A DNA stretch of 64,000 bases. It comes from Schmidtea polychroa (Eukaryota). A program made the position numbers and the translations under genes. Location: positions 49,044,001 to 49,108,000 of the forward strand of contig CM097885.1 in assembly GCA_044892525.1 (NCBI GenBank), in the 5' to 3' direction. This document shows, in pieces, positions 37,259 through 48,994 of this stretch; within the stretch, counting starts at the first letter, position 1; the number at the start of each line of letters is the position of its first letter. The notes beneath the pieces were generated by a model, which was not told the DNA's origin, did not search any database, and was given only the letters and a program-made list of their open reading frames with translations.

Positions 37259-38455
37259 TTATTTAAATAACATCCGGTATATCTTCAGCTGATTCTTTGA
37301 ATTGCGAGTATGATGAATCCCGATCGAATTATTGAACATCAAATAAGGCACCTCCATTAAATGCCCATATGCATAACTTTTATTTTTCCCCACCCAAACC
37401 CTTTTATCATCTGCGTTGGTAAGTGCAGTTATTTTATTTTCTATTGTGAATAGTTGATGATTTTTTGATGTTATTTTTGTTTGTGGTATTGAAAAAATTT
37501 GTATTGTATTGTAACAATCTAGGTATGACTGATGTTTTATGTCAATACCTTTAAATGTTACTCCTTTCGCTTTTTTGGTTTCATCCTCGCCTAACAAGCT
37601 ATAACATTTATGTCTAAGAAAAACCCACTCATTATATTTAAGACCTTTATTCTCATCTTTGAACTTTCCAATGACAGAATCAAAGTTCTTACTGTATAAG
37701 GGATGACTAGGGTCGTAAGTAGTCGTGTCTAGTAAATTATCACGGATCATGGCTGGTAAAAGAACATGAAGCTTACAATTAATTACTTCAAGGAAAAATG
37801 AGTCTTTATCACCTGCAACAATATTTATTTTACAGTTGAATTCGTTAGGATTTTTTTCTAAATCTATATATTGCAGTTCAAACATTCTAAATTTCGATAG
37901 ATCAAGTACAGATTGTCCAATGTAACTTTGTCTATCTAAACAAATAGCTTCCTTATTTAGATAGACTGATACTAAGTCATTGTCAATTTCATAAGTCCTT
38001 TTAAACGTTGGTTTATATGTATAAGTAATCAGCCTAGAAGCCGAATTACAAAGCCGCAAATTCAGACGTTTTTTCAGATTCTCTACGGTCTTGCTGTAAA
38101 GACTATTATTTAATAACTTATAATAATTTTTATCGAAGGCATTACTCAATTCCGCCCTAAGTCAGGTAATGGTATCGATGTAATCTTTAAAAATATTATC
38201 GTTTGTGAATTTAATTGCCATATGTACATGAATCAATTTTACACCAATAGAAAGAAAAAACTTGAGAAGTCTCCAATGAAGAACATAGTTCTTCTAGGGA
38301 TGATGTGTAAGCATCAACTTCTCAACTTTAGAGCCAGATGGACACATCTTTTCAGCGGCAACTGGAAAATCATCCAATTTGTCGTGAACCGAATCAGGAA
38401 TTTCCAAATCAACCTCCAAAATAAATCCAAATGAAAGTACTTTCAAATCTGCAGA
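37259..38455 (-). pseudogene. Protein-primed DNA polymerase B C-terminal fragment (Maverick/Polinton-type)
   Basis: GFILEVDLEIP..VHDKLDDFP, KLLNNSLYSKTVEN, YIGQSVLDLSK, AGDKDS (DTDS motif mutated), GKFKDE, KCYS, KKAKGV and DDKR. Has a stop and a frameshift in its upstream part and is 5'-truncated. Confidence 0.88.
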
Positions 38456-38611
38456 TTCACAAAAATAAATTATTTTATTAATCTTCTATCACTTTGTTCA
38501 ATGTTGTAACCGTTATTATTTTTCATTTCATTCTGATATCTGTCTGTTTCGACCAGTCAGAGGGGGAATGTCATTTACCTCTGACTGACAGCTTGTTTGG
38601 TGGTTTTTGCA

Positions 38612-38672
38612 TCGCGTCTGTGTGCGCGGTATGATTAGTCCGAATTTTGTGAGTGTGCGCACACAGACGCGA
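38612..38672 (+). promoter_or_regulatory. Second perfect copy of the 16-bp inverted-repeat module
   Basis: Arms identical to 29594-29657 with an unrelated 29-nt spacer, followed by GTAAGT. Confidence 0.55.
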
Positions 38673-38693
38673 GAAGTAAGTTGTACTATATGT

Positions 38694-39299
38694 CAAGGGT
38701 GGGCACGCATGGGTTCAATAAGAGCCATTTTCCGAAAATTTATTTTTTACAGAGCCACCATAGTAAAGTACATATTTTTTTTTATTTCATTAATTTGATT
38801 AAAGAGACTTAAACGCTATTAAAAAAAACAAAATAATTATTTCAAACATTAAGTAACAAACATAAAAATCCATTAATAAAAAGTAATAAAATTTCTTGAA
38901 TTAACGAAGACTTTTGGTCAAATCTTTGAAATTTGGTGTATACTTTGTTAAAGCTGTTAAAGCTAAAATATACAAACGACCGCAATCTTGTACAAACAAA
39001 ATAATAACCAATCAAAATTCACTAAATTTATTTTTGATGCTTCTCTCTCGTTGTTATAACAAAGCGCCGCCTACTACAAAATAATTTTAAAAGCAGTAAA
39101 ATGTGAAAAACAATGTTTCGTTAATTTTTGACATTTATGAAAATACAATTGCAACAAAAAATTTTTTCTCAAAACATTTAGTGAAAAATTTCAAAATAAA
39201 AAATCGAATTCGATTATCAAGAATTCAATTATCAATGAGCCGCAGTTTACTCAACGAAGAGCCGCATGCGGCTCTAAGAGCCGCATTTGCCCACCGTTG
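38694..39299. mobile_element. hAT (Charlie-like) MITE
   Basis: TIR CAA(G/C)GGTGGGCA with perfect 8-bp TSD CTATATGT. Confidence 0.9.
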
Positions 39300-39453
39300 C
39301 TATATGTTATGGTGGTTTTTATTAGTTTGATTTTTGAATTCTAGAAAAATGTGATTGATTTGTTCTCTGCTGAAAGAGAAATTGTTTAAAAGAGATTTTT
39401 ATGTTGAAATTTTGAATCCTCGGTTGTTGTTAAATATGTAAGATAATGAATGT

Positions 39454-39993
39454 TTGAAATGTCGTATTTCAATGAGCAATATAGCGAAGATTATTAATGG
39501 AAGTTTATCAAAACGATTGGAAATCAACCATTTAATTTCTGTAAATCATGAAATGACAGAAGAGGAACTTCAAGATATTTTTATGAAATTTCCCCAAAGA
39601 TTTAAAGATATTCGTGAATTATCTGAAATCATTTATGACATTAGCGATAAAAAGATAAACTTGCTAACTTATGAATATGATATTCTATTTAATCGAGATC
39701 TTAAAAAGATCAACACAACTCAAATGTTTAATTGCCAAAGTGTTGAACAATTATCCAATGTTTCCAATTCAATCATGGCTCAATCTCAAGTTATTGGACA
39801 CGTAATATGGTTTGATAAACGATGGTTATGTAAAAATAGAGCGTGTGATACGATCAATTACAGAAAGATTCTTTTGACTTGTTTTAGACGAAAACACTGT
39901 CTCCATATTTTGGATCTCCGTAAGGTTGGAATAATTAATTTTTTTCATTCCCCAATTTTCAGTTTCGTTTCTAACGTTTTTGTCTTAATTTGA
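39454..39993 (+). other. Putative mosaic ORF of RNA-binding domain fragments
   Basis: MTEEELQDIFMKF (RRM helix-like), AQSQVIGHVIWFD (cold-shock start-like) and WLCKNRACDTIN...CFR (RanBP2 finger-like). All matches are short. Confidence 0.4.
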
Positions 39994-41436
39994 ATTTCTT
40001 TCATAAGACTTTTTGTTCTAATTACTTTAACTTTTGCTTGATCTGCATGTGCTTTTTGTTATAACAACGAATCGTTTATTATTTCCTATCTATTTCTTCT
40101 GTTATCTTTTCGATTTCCTTCATTCTGACCTTCATCTCTTCAATCGAATTTAGATCTTGAATCTTCAAATCATATTTCATTCTCTTATCATCTTAAACAT
40201 TGTTGAATAGTAGAAATTTTATTAGAGTTCTTATAGCCATATTCTGCTCTAGAATATTATCTGTTAATTTTTCAAGATTTTACCAATATTATTTTAGTGT
40301 CAGTTTCCTAACGCTTCTTGTAGGTTGTCGATCAGTGTATAGTTTATGAAAAGCACAGATAAGTTTTTCTTTAAATAAAAATTCTAATTTCATGTCACCG
40401 TATATTTTTATGGAATTTCTGACAGAAATGTTCTTACAAAATTATTATATAGTCGTTTTATTATATAAAGCGTTTGTTGATTAAGCTATGTATTATTAAT
40501 TTTTTTATCATACGATTTAGTAAGCATTCGTGCGAGGACATTTGTTAACTACATACACGCACCCCGATTGTCCCGCCACAATTTTTATCGGTGACTCTAT
40601 CGGGTTCATCAAGCCTCTTATATATCATCACACGTTACATAAATATCTAAAGACATACGTTCGAGCCTTATAGAAATACGTCCGAACCCTATAACAGTAG
40701 GCATCTTAAACAATTTCGTAGTCTTTTGGTTGATCCACAAAATGCGCCAAAACCGTAGTGAACATATTAGAACACCTTTCATTGTATTCGAGTATTAATA
40801 GGACTTCTAATTGAATACGTTTAAAAATATATTCATAAAACAATTGTTCTTCAAACAAAATAATCAGGAGGTTCTTTTTAAATTATATTCTTAATCTCGA
40901 TCAAACAAATTACTCAATCAATTGTATTTAATTATTTATTAAAAATTATGCAATATTTTTTTTAAGTTATAAAAATATTAGTTTTTCTAAAATTAACGAA
41001 AATGTTTTAAGTTTTAAAATAATGTTTTATAAATTTCATTTTAAAATATTTTTACACTCATCACAGTAAAGGATTCAATTTTAAAATTCATCAAACTTTG
41101 ATTATCCATTTTTCAAATTCTAAACTTAATCGATAAAAAAATAAAGAAACACAGAACATAAACATCTTAAAAATTTAAAAATTATTTGGGTTATATAAGA
41201 ACTTTGAAAGAATACATTGAAAGAATACACTTATTTATATAAATGAACAAATACTTTATTTCTCTTTTTGACATTTTTGAAAAAAAACTTTTAATTTTAA
41301 TTTCAATTATAAATCATTTTTCTATTTAAAATAAATATATTTAAAGATTATAAAATGTTTTAATTATAATTATAATTATAATTTTATATTATAAAATAAG
41401 CTGTACAAGCTTTGTGATACCCAGTGCAAATCCCAA

Positions 41437-41475
41437 TAGTAGACTAGTTTCGAGCTTTTTGTTCTCATTAGTAAT
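41437..41475 (-). ncRNA. Degenerate minimal type I hammerhead ribozyme motif
   Basis: Minus strand reads CTAATGA-GAAC-AAAAA-GCTC-GAAAC-TA-GTC. The core CUGAUGA has G>A and stem II has one mismatch; the palindromic ACUAGU stem III is as in Penelope-associated minimal hammerheads. Confidence 0.6.
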
Positions 41476-42640
41476 ATGCAGGAGACGCGAAGATTTCTCT
41501 TCGCGCCAGGTAAGTATACAATATTGCTGATTCAACTCTAATGCATAATTTACCTGCTACACTGGAAATCACGTCAATTGCAAATTAGCTTGGTCACAGA
41601 AAAAATCTGTAAACTTGTAAACTTGTATGAAAAATCATAATCACTTCTGCGGACTAAAAAATTAGTCGATACACAGAAACTGTTTACAAGTGCATCCAAT
41701 TACCTTTAGCATTTTTCACTTATAAAATAATGGTGTAACATTTTTTTGTCGGATGTCTCACTTGAATGAGCTTTTTAAATAAATATGATGAAAAATCTTG
41801 AATATTTAGAGAATATTTCCGAATTTATAGCGTTAAACCAGATTATGCTAAAAATAATTTCGTTCAAAATGTTAAAATATTTACCAATAAATTAATAGCG
41901 GGTATAAATGACGTTTTGGCTTTTTGATTTTCCAGATACTGCTCATTTCGACGATTATTTATATTTGAAATCCTCTGTGGATTCATAGATTTTGTTTTTT
42001 CTTCATTAGATTTAAGAAAGTTTATTTCCGCCTTTAATTCATTTACTTTTCTATCTGTCTCGATTTGTAAAGATTCATATTTCTAACATATAATTAACTT
42101 TAAACTTTATTAATCATAATTTAACCTTCCTAAAAAAATCACTAGATATATTAGGAGTGAAATTATTTATATTTTTGTAGTGTTTTTCTATTTCTTCAAT
42201 TTTTAATTCGAACTAAATAAATAGAATAAATAACAATGATTTTTTTAAAGTTTTAAAATGGTTATTTAAATTAAAATATTATTTCACAAAATTCATTAAC
42301 TTACCCTTTGTAAAGGCCACAAATGAACGGGTCTGTAATGTGTTAAACTCGATTGATAAAAATTGCAATCCAAGAGATTTCAGTTAACTAGACCGTCAAA
42401 TAGACGGAGTAGCTTATTTTGGAGACTGATATAGAAAAACAAGAACATTTTGAGAACATACCCAGTTTTCTCCATTCATTTTAGAGATTCATAATCTTAC
42501 TGAGATATGGTTTTAACCAGGTTTTATGATAATATTTTATTACAGAGTAACTGTTTAAATATAGTTTAGTATTTTTATTTATTTCTATAGAAATTTACAA
42601 AGCTACAATGAAAAGATCTAACTTTTGGCAATAACTCATC

Positions 42641-44141
42641 TTGACAATTAAGTGCAAAGGAAGATGCCACACTGTTGATAATCAAGTGGAAAAAGAAATA
42701 GGAGAACATAATCATGTTCCAAAAGTTGCCGTTATTAAAGCTAAAGAGCTTTATTCTGAAATAAAAGAAAGTTCAAAAACTTCCACCGAAACACCGCTTC
42801 AAATTATTGCAGCGGCAACGTCAACATCGTCTCAAGCTGTTTGTAGCAAGTTGCCGAAGATAGATTCGATCAAAAGAACTATCAGAAGACAAAGAAATCA
42901 AGCATCAGGGATATTGCCTTCGCCGACATCACTTTCGGATTTATTTATACCCGAAAACTTAAGAAAAACTGCAATCTGAGATGATTTTGTAATCTACGAT
43001 TCAAATGATGGCGCAGATAGAATTGTGATGTTCAGCACAAGTCGATTAATTGATACATTAGTATCATCTCCGCATTTATACGTTGATGGAACATTTAAAA
43101 CTGCTCCAAGTTTATATTTTCAGATGTTTACGGTACATTGTATTATCGATAAAACAGTGATACCTTTGGTTTATGCTCTTTTGCCTAACAAAAGACAAGA
43201 AACTTATACTAAAGTTTTTCGCCAATTAAAGCAAATAAAGCCTGCTCTATCACCAGTATCTGTGTTATCGGATTTTGAACAAGCAATTATTAATTCAATC
43301 AAAGATTGCTTCCCCGATACAAGAATTCGTGGTTGTTTCTTCCATTTTTCTCAATGTATATGGAGAGAAATACAAAGAAACAGTCCAATTTGCGACAAAT
43401 ATAAGGATATACAGGATCCTGATTTTTCTTTATATTTGCGACAACTTGCAGCTTTAGCTTTTGTGCCAGAAGAAGATGTCATTGAGTGTTTCAATGTACT
43501 TTTAGACTCTGATTTCTTCAGAGAAAACGAACAATTGCTTTGTCCACTTATCGATTATATCGAGGATCAGTGGATTGGAAGACCAACAAGATCTGCAACA
43601 GGAAGAAGATCACCAAGAGTTCCGATATCGCTTTGGAATTGTTACGAAGCATCAATCGATGATCTTCCTAAAACAAACAACTCGATTGAAGGATGGCATC
43701 GATCATTTAGTTCATTGATGGCATCAAGTAACCCAAATTTCTGGCGTTTTCTTGAAATTTTAAAGAAAGAAGAAGGCCCGACTCAATTGAAATTGGAACA
43801 ATTAACGTCAGGAATTAATCCACCACCATCAAAAAGAATTTATATCGAAACTGCCAGAAGAATCAAGTCTATAGTAGAGTCATATGGAACTCGAAACACT
43901 TTAGATTATTTAAGAGGTTTAGCCCATAATTTAGAACTTCAAGCGGCCTAATAGTTTTAAAAGTCAACAAATGTTAAAATTGTAACATCAACATTTTTTA
44001 AATAATAAAAATGCTTTCGATGTTTATGTTTTCGATATTTTATTTTTCGATGTTTTTGCATTTCGAAATTATATTTTTCGGTGTTTTTGTTTTCGAAGTT
44101 TTAATTTCGAGTTTTTTGTTTCGGTGTTTTATCCGGATCCC
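42641..44141 (+). mobile_element. MULE/Mutator transposon, 5'-truncated; transposase 42641-43951 with one nonsense codon
   Basis: FLYWCH-like CKGR...HNH, then YVDGTFKT, SDFEQA, GCFFHFSQ and TNNSIEGWH. The two ORFs share a frame. The 3' end has TTTTCGATGTT tandem repeats. Confidence 0.9.
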
Positions 44142-44152
44142 GACAAAATTAA

Positions 44153-46666
44153 CACGTTGACGGACACTTGCGTCTATAGCCGTCAAGGCGAAGTTCACTA
44201 TGTGGCATGCCGGCAATAGCCGTCAAAAACGAAACGGTTGTTTTTAGACACTGCGGCTATAGCAGCACAAATGTGCATTTACCGGCGTACAAGTAGAAGC
44301 CTAGTGTCATGTTTTGGAAACATTTTTTTAGGTTGAGGTTAGGGTTAGGGTTAGGGTTATGGTTGTAACACGACTTACAGGTTAAGTATGCACGTGGTGG
44401 TGAACGAAGTAGTGCGATCGTGTTTTCTCTAGAATTTATAGTTGTTATTGATACATTTAACGATAATTATTGTTTATACTGGTAAGTATTTGTTTATTAT
44501 TGATTTTACACTTTAAATAGAAATAAAAAAATTAAAATTTAGTATTTTTTGATACATTTAGCGATAGGGTTAGGGTTATACAGTTTACTTTTTGTTTTTT
44601 ATGATTTTCATTTGAAATATAAATAAATAATAATAATGTAAATAATAAATATGTATATAATATACAATAAATAATAGTAGTAATATAAAATAAAATTTGA
44701 ATGTTTTATTCAATATTTACAGAAAATGACCAGTTGGGAAAAAGAACAGGCAACGAGTAGTGGGTCAAGCAACAGTGAATTTGAATCTGATGCTGACAGT
44801 GCTGAAAATAACAGTTCGGACAGTGAAGATAATGAATCAACTTCAGATGAGGAATATGAAGCACCAGAAGAACCAGAAAATGATGAGACATGGCATACCA
44901 ATACAACACCTATAAGAAACTTTTCTTTTGATGCAGATGCGGCTGGGATTCTTTTAGATATAGACGAAAATGCTTCTCCAATTCAGTTTTTTGAAAAAAT
45001 ATGGGATGACCAAGTAATGGAAATGATTATAAAATCTACGAATAATTATTGCATAAAACTTTGCAATCGAACACGGCCACATACAATGCATAGTAGGAAG
45101 GCAAAATTCAAAAATATTGATACGATTGAAATGAGAAAGTTTTAAGGTTTGTGTTTGCTTCAGTCCCAGCTAAAATATTCTAACATTAGAAAACTCTTTT
45201 CCGTTAATGCATTACATTATCACCCAGCATTTCCTTCGCAAATGTCTGGAAGAAGGTTTGAGCAAATATTGAGATGCTTTTGTGTAGAAGAAGAAAATTC
45301 AAACGACCCTTTGAGGAAAATAAAAATATTTCTTGATTTGATCATAGAAAAGTTTGCGAATGCATATGCACCAAAAGAAGCATTATCATTAGACGACTCT
45401 TTATTATTATTTCGAGGAAGGCTTTCTTTTCGCACGTACATGAAAGGCAAAAAGGCAAAATACGGAATTAAATTGTACGAACTTTGTTCAGCCCAAGGTT
45501 ATGTTTTGAACATAGAAATATACAAAGGCCATCAAGAAAACTATGAAAATATGACAACTATTGAAAGTCTTGTGATGCGATTGATGCAGTCATATTTAAA
45601 CAAAGGCCATCATTTGTTCATGGATAACTATTACAACAGTCTACCATTATCTAAAAAATTATTAAGCAAAAAGACACATGTAACAGGAACTCTTCGTGTA
45701 AATAGGAAGGGTCTGCCGCAAGATATTAAACGTCGTAAGCTTAGAAAAGAAGAACATGTATGGCGACGCCAAAATCAGACATACGTGTCCAAATGGAAAG
45801 ATAAACGGGATGTGCTATGTCTAACAACAGCTTACCACCCAAGTATGATAAATACAGTTAACCGGCGACAACAGGAAAAGAGAAAACCAATTGAAATAGT
45901 GAATTATAATCAGAATATGTCAGGTGTTGACAGAGCAGATCAGATGATGTTCTATTATTCCTGTCCACGAAAAACAATTCGATGGCATAAAAAGGTAATC
46001 TTTCATCTACCGGATGTAGCAGTGTGGAATACTTTAAAGAAAAGACAGGTTCTAAAATGAAGTTTATAAAATACAAGGAAGCAATCATACGATCTTTAAC
46101 TGGTATAGATTATAAACAGGATGGAAGGTCTTTGGTTCAATTTAAACGTGCACGAATCCAAACCAATGTAATCAACAACAATGGAACACAGCATTTTCCT
46201 GAGAAAATTACTCCTCCTGAAAATTATAAGCGAAAAACATATTTTCAGCGTTGTAAACAATATTATAAACAGGGAATAAGGATGGAAACATCATATTGCT
46301 GCAAGAATTGCATGTCAAAACCTGCACTGTGTCCTGCACCATGCTTTGAAACATGGCATACCGAAAATAATGTGTAATAATTATAAAATTATAATAAATT
46401 TTTTTGTTATTTATTTATTTTTGATTATAAACAAATATTTCGTGTAAAACTCACAAAAATACTTTGTTGCACACAAAAAAATGCTTATTTGAGCCATTAA
46501 ACCTGTCATTTACATTTTTAAATTACCTTTTTAAAGGTGCTAAATTAATCAAAATTAAGTTTATTTAAGCAGAAAGAGTAAAACTATACTTCTAATATTC
46601 TAAAAATTACAAAAACATATGGTGTCAATTTTCGAACTTCACTTGTTTCTACTGTCCGTCAATGTG
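44153..46666 (+). mobile_element. piggyBac transposon (PGBD4-like); transposase 44726-46377 with a stop and a frameshift
   Basis: TTAA TSD; TIR CAC(G/A)TTGACGGACA; LSLDDS, MDNYY and MSGVDRADQ motifs; C-terminal Cys-rich finger. Confidence 0.95.
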
Positions 46667-46995
46667 TTAAAAGGTCATATCCCTATTCCATTTGTCGTTA
46701 GCTGACCAAGATAACTAGGGCCACAAAAATTTAAAGAACAAATGTATAGACATCGTGTCAAATAGCGAAAAGAATGGTATAGGACCTATACTATAGGTAA
46801 CAGGAAATCTGTTCACTTGTAATATATAGAAAGCAAAAGATGGAAACTGTTCAAATTCTAATCCCAATATTCAATATAAAAATATTTTCCTATCGAAAGT
46901 ATTTTGGGTTAGATTAAATGCTACCAACCTTGAGGGAATCCATAGGAAAATATGAATAATAGGCTGGTAGAATGTGATTTTTAAAAATTAGTTTC

Positions 46996-47254
46996 AAAAT
47001 ATTATCGTTTGTGAATTTAATTGCCATATGTACATGAATCAATTTTACACCAATAGAAAGAAAAAACTTGAGAAGTCTCCAATGAAGAACATAGTTCTTC
47101 TAGGGATGATGTGTAAGCATCAACTTCTCAACTTTAGAGCCAGATGGACACATCTTTTCAGCGGCAACTGGAAAATCATCCAATTTGTCGTGAACCGAAT
47201 CAGGAATTTCCAAATCAACCTCCAAAATAAATCCAAATGAAAGTACTTTCAAAT
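46996..47254. repeat. 259-bp apparently exact copy of 38190-38448 (part of polB)
   Basis: Constant offset of 8806 and identical ORF translations; this copy is flanked by TAGTTTCAAA on both sides. Confidence 0.92.
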
Positions 47255-47959
47255 AGTTTCAAATCATTTTATACAATATTTCTTGCTTAAACTGATTTTA
47301 ACAATATCTGAAAATATAATTTAACTATTCAGATGAAATTAAAAATAAAATTTACCAAAAAAATATTTGTTTATCATACCTTCGTAGAACAAAGGAAATG
47401 TGTTATTGGATGGCTTATTGTCATAGATTTTTTTAAAATCTGTTAAAAAAACACCCACTTCCACTTCAGAACAGAGACATTATGAATTATCGTCAAAAAA
47501 TTTCTAAGTCTATTTAATAAAGAAATTGGCACAATTCCAAATAAAAACAAAGAAAACATTTTTAATATCAAAAGTTAAAATTTTGCTTCAATAAGATTTT
47601 TTCTCTATAACCCTCTTTAGAGTCCTCCAGTACTCGCAAGAAAAGTTTCACAAAGCTGAAACTTTACGACTTTGTAATCTATCCTTCGTTGGATTGTACT
47701 ATTCAGATGGGTTACATCACAAAATTTCCATATTAATTTGCTCTTTTATGGTGGAGTACTTTATGGGGTCTGACAGACCCATAGTCGCCACATGAGTTTT
47801 GGAGGCCCCTGCCACTTGTCGGTATTGTGACCCCTAATTCAAAATTTTATATTGGTTTATAGTCAATGTTTACTTAAAAGTTAACACAAAGAAAAATGAA
47901 AAAAGTTCCATTTTTCACGTAATTTAATGTTTTATTTATTATTTAATTATTTAATTAAA

Positions 47960-48475
47960 CCATCGATCAATTGAGAATAATCAAGCTTAGAACTTCGATG
48001 GATGTCATTGCTAATCTACAAAGCATGTCGTGTGGTGTATTTGAGCGAAGATATGAATTGATGAGCTTCAATTAAAGAAAGAGCGCTCTCGGTTTGCGAC
48101 GGTCACAGAAATTGAAAGGATTATTCGCGAAGCGATCACCACATTCGGGAAAATCTCTGCGAGGCCTGATTTCTTCTGTTAACGCGTTCGCCTCAGAGTA
48201 CACATTTTGAATCTTTACCTTTGTAAGTATCGCGAATGCTTAACAGTGATGTGTGGATGTCCTTGGTTTGGAATCGATGCTCTTTAATACTTGAAAAATT
48301 GCTTTCCCAGCAAGTGTCTGATGGATATTTTACAGTAATGGAGCAGAACTCTTTCAACACATTCCACCTAGAAGATGACACCGAAAAAAACGAATATACT
48401 CGCTGCAAGTAACCAAAAAAGGTGACAGCCGTTACCGAAGAGCCTGCTGCATTGCAGACAACAAGATTCAGACTA
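47960..48475 (-). mobile_element. hAT (Tip100/ZMYM-like) transposase fragments
   Basis: LNLVVCNAA..TFFGYLQRVYSFFSVSSSRW...SDTCWES and a dimerisation-domain remnant (FPNV...VTVA..ERSF). Confidence 0.75.
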
Positions 48476-48479
48476 TAAT

Positions 48480-48830
48480 TTTAATAAATTTTATTTAATA
48501 AAAGCCTGCTCCAAAGAGACAGGTTGGTCCTTTTAACGGGACGAGCTTCAGAGAAATGCCGGAAACTGCTACATCTTCATTTGTATGGGGTTCTCTATAG
48601 TCCTGTATGTTTTAAGTTACAGGGCTGCTTCTGAAATAAATTTTGTTTCTTGTATTATCTTTTAATATAGTTCGTTTGAGAATGAATATGATCTTCAGGG
48701 ATTCAAGAATATCGTATTTGGGATCGGTGAGGCAATTGAGCAATTATCTGAGCTATCTTTTTTTGGGTATCTGATTTTGCATATTATTCATTTGGTATAT
48801 TCATTTGGGATTGGTGAGTAAATTATCATT
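48480..48830 (-). mobile_element. Possible 3' end of an RLE-type non-LTR retrotransposon
   Basis: Decayed ORF end, GC-richer 3' UTR with stem-loops, and an AATAAA-rich terminus. Weak evidence. Confidence 0.3.
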
Positions 48831-48994
48831 TATCACATGTATATATTTTTTGAAGGCAAATGAAGACAAAAAATAAAAACAGAATAAAACAATAAAATAG
48901 CCATCATAAGGCACAGTAAAAAGCCACAACAAGGCGTTAAAAAATAAAATAAAAATCCATTCTAAGGTGGAATAAAAACCATCAAAAGTAAAAT

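Noticed and set aside
38222..38434. Duplicated 70-aa plus-strand ORF (also 47028-47240) as a small gene
   Set aside because: It is the antisense shadow of the polB reading frame.
48520..48552. GTCC/GGAC stem like hammerhead stem II
   Set aside because: Neither strand has intact CUGANGA and GAAA boxes around it.
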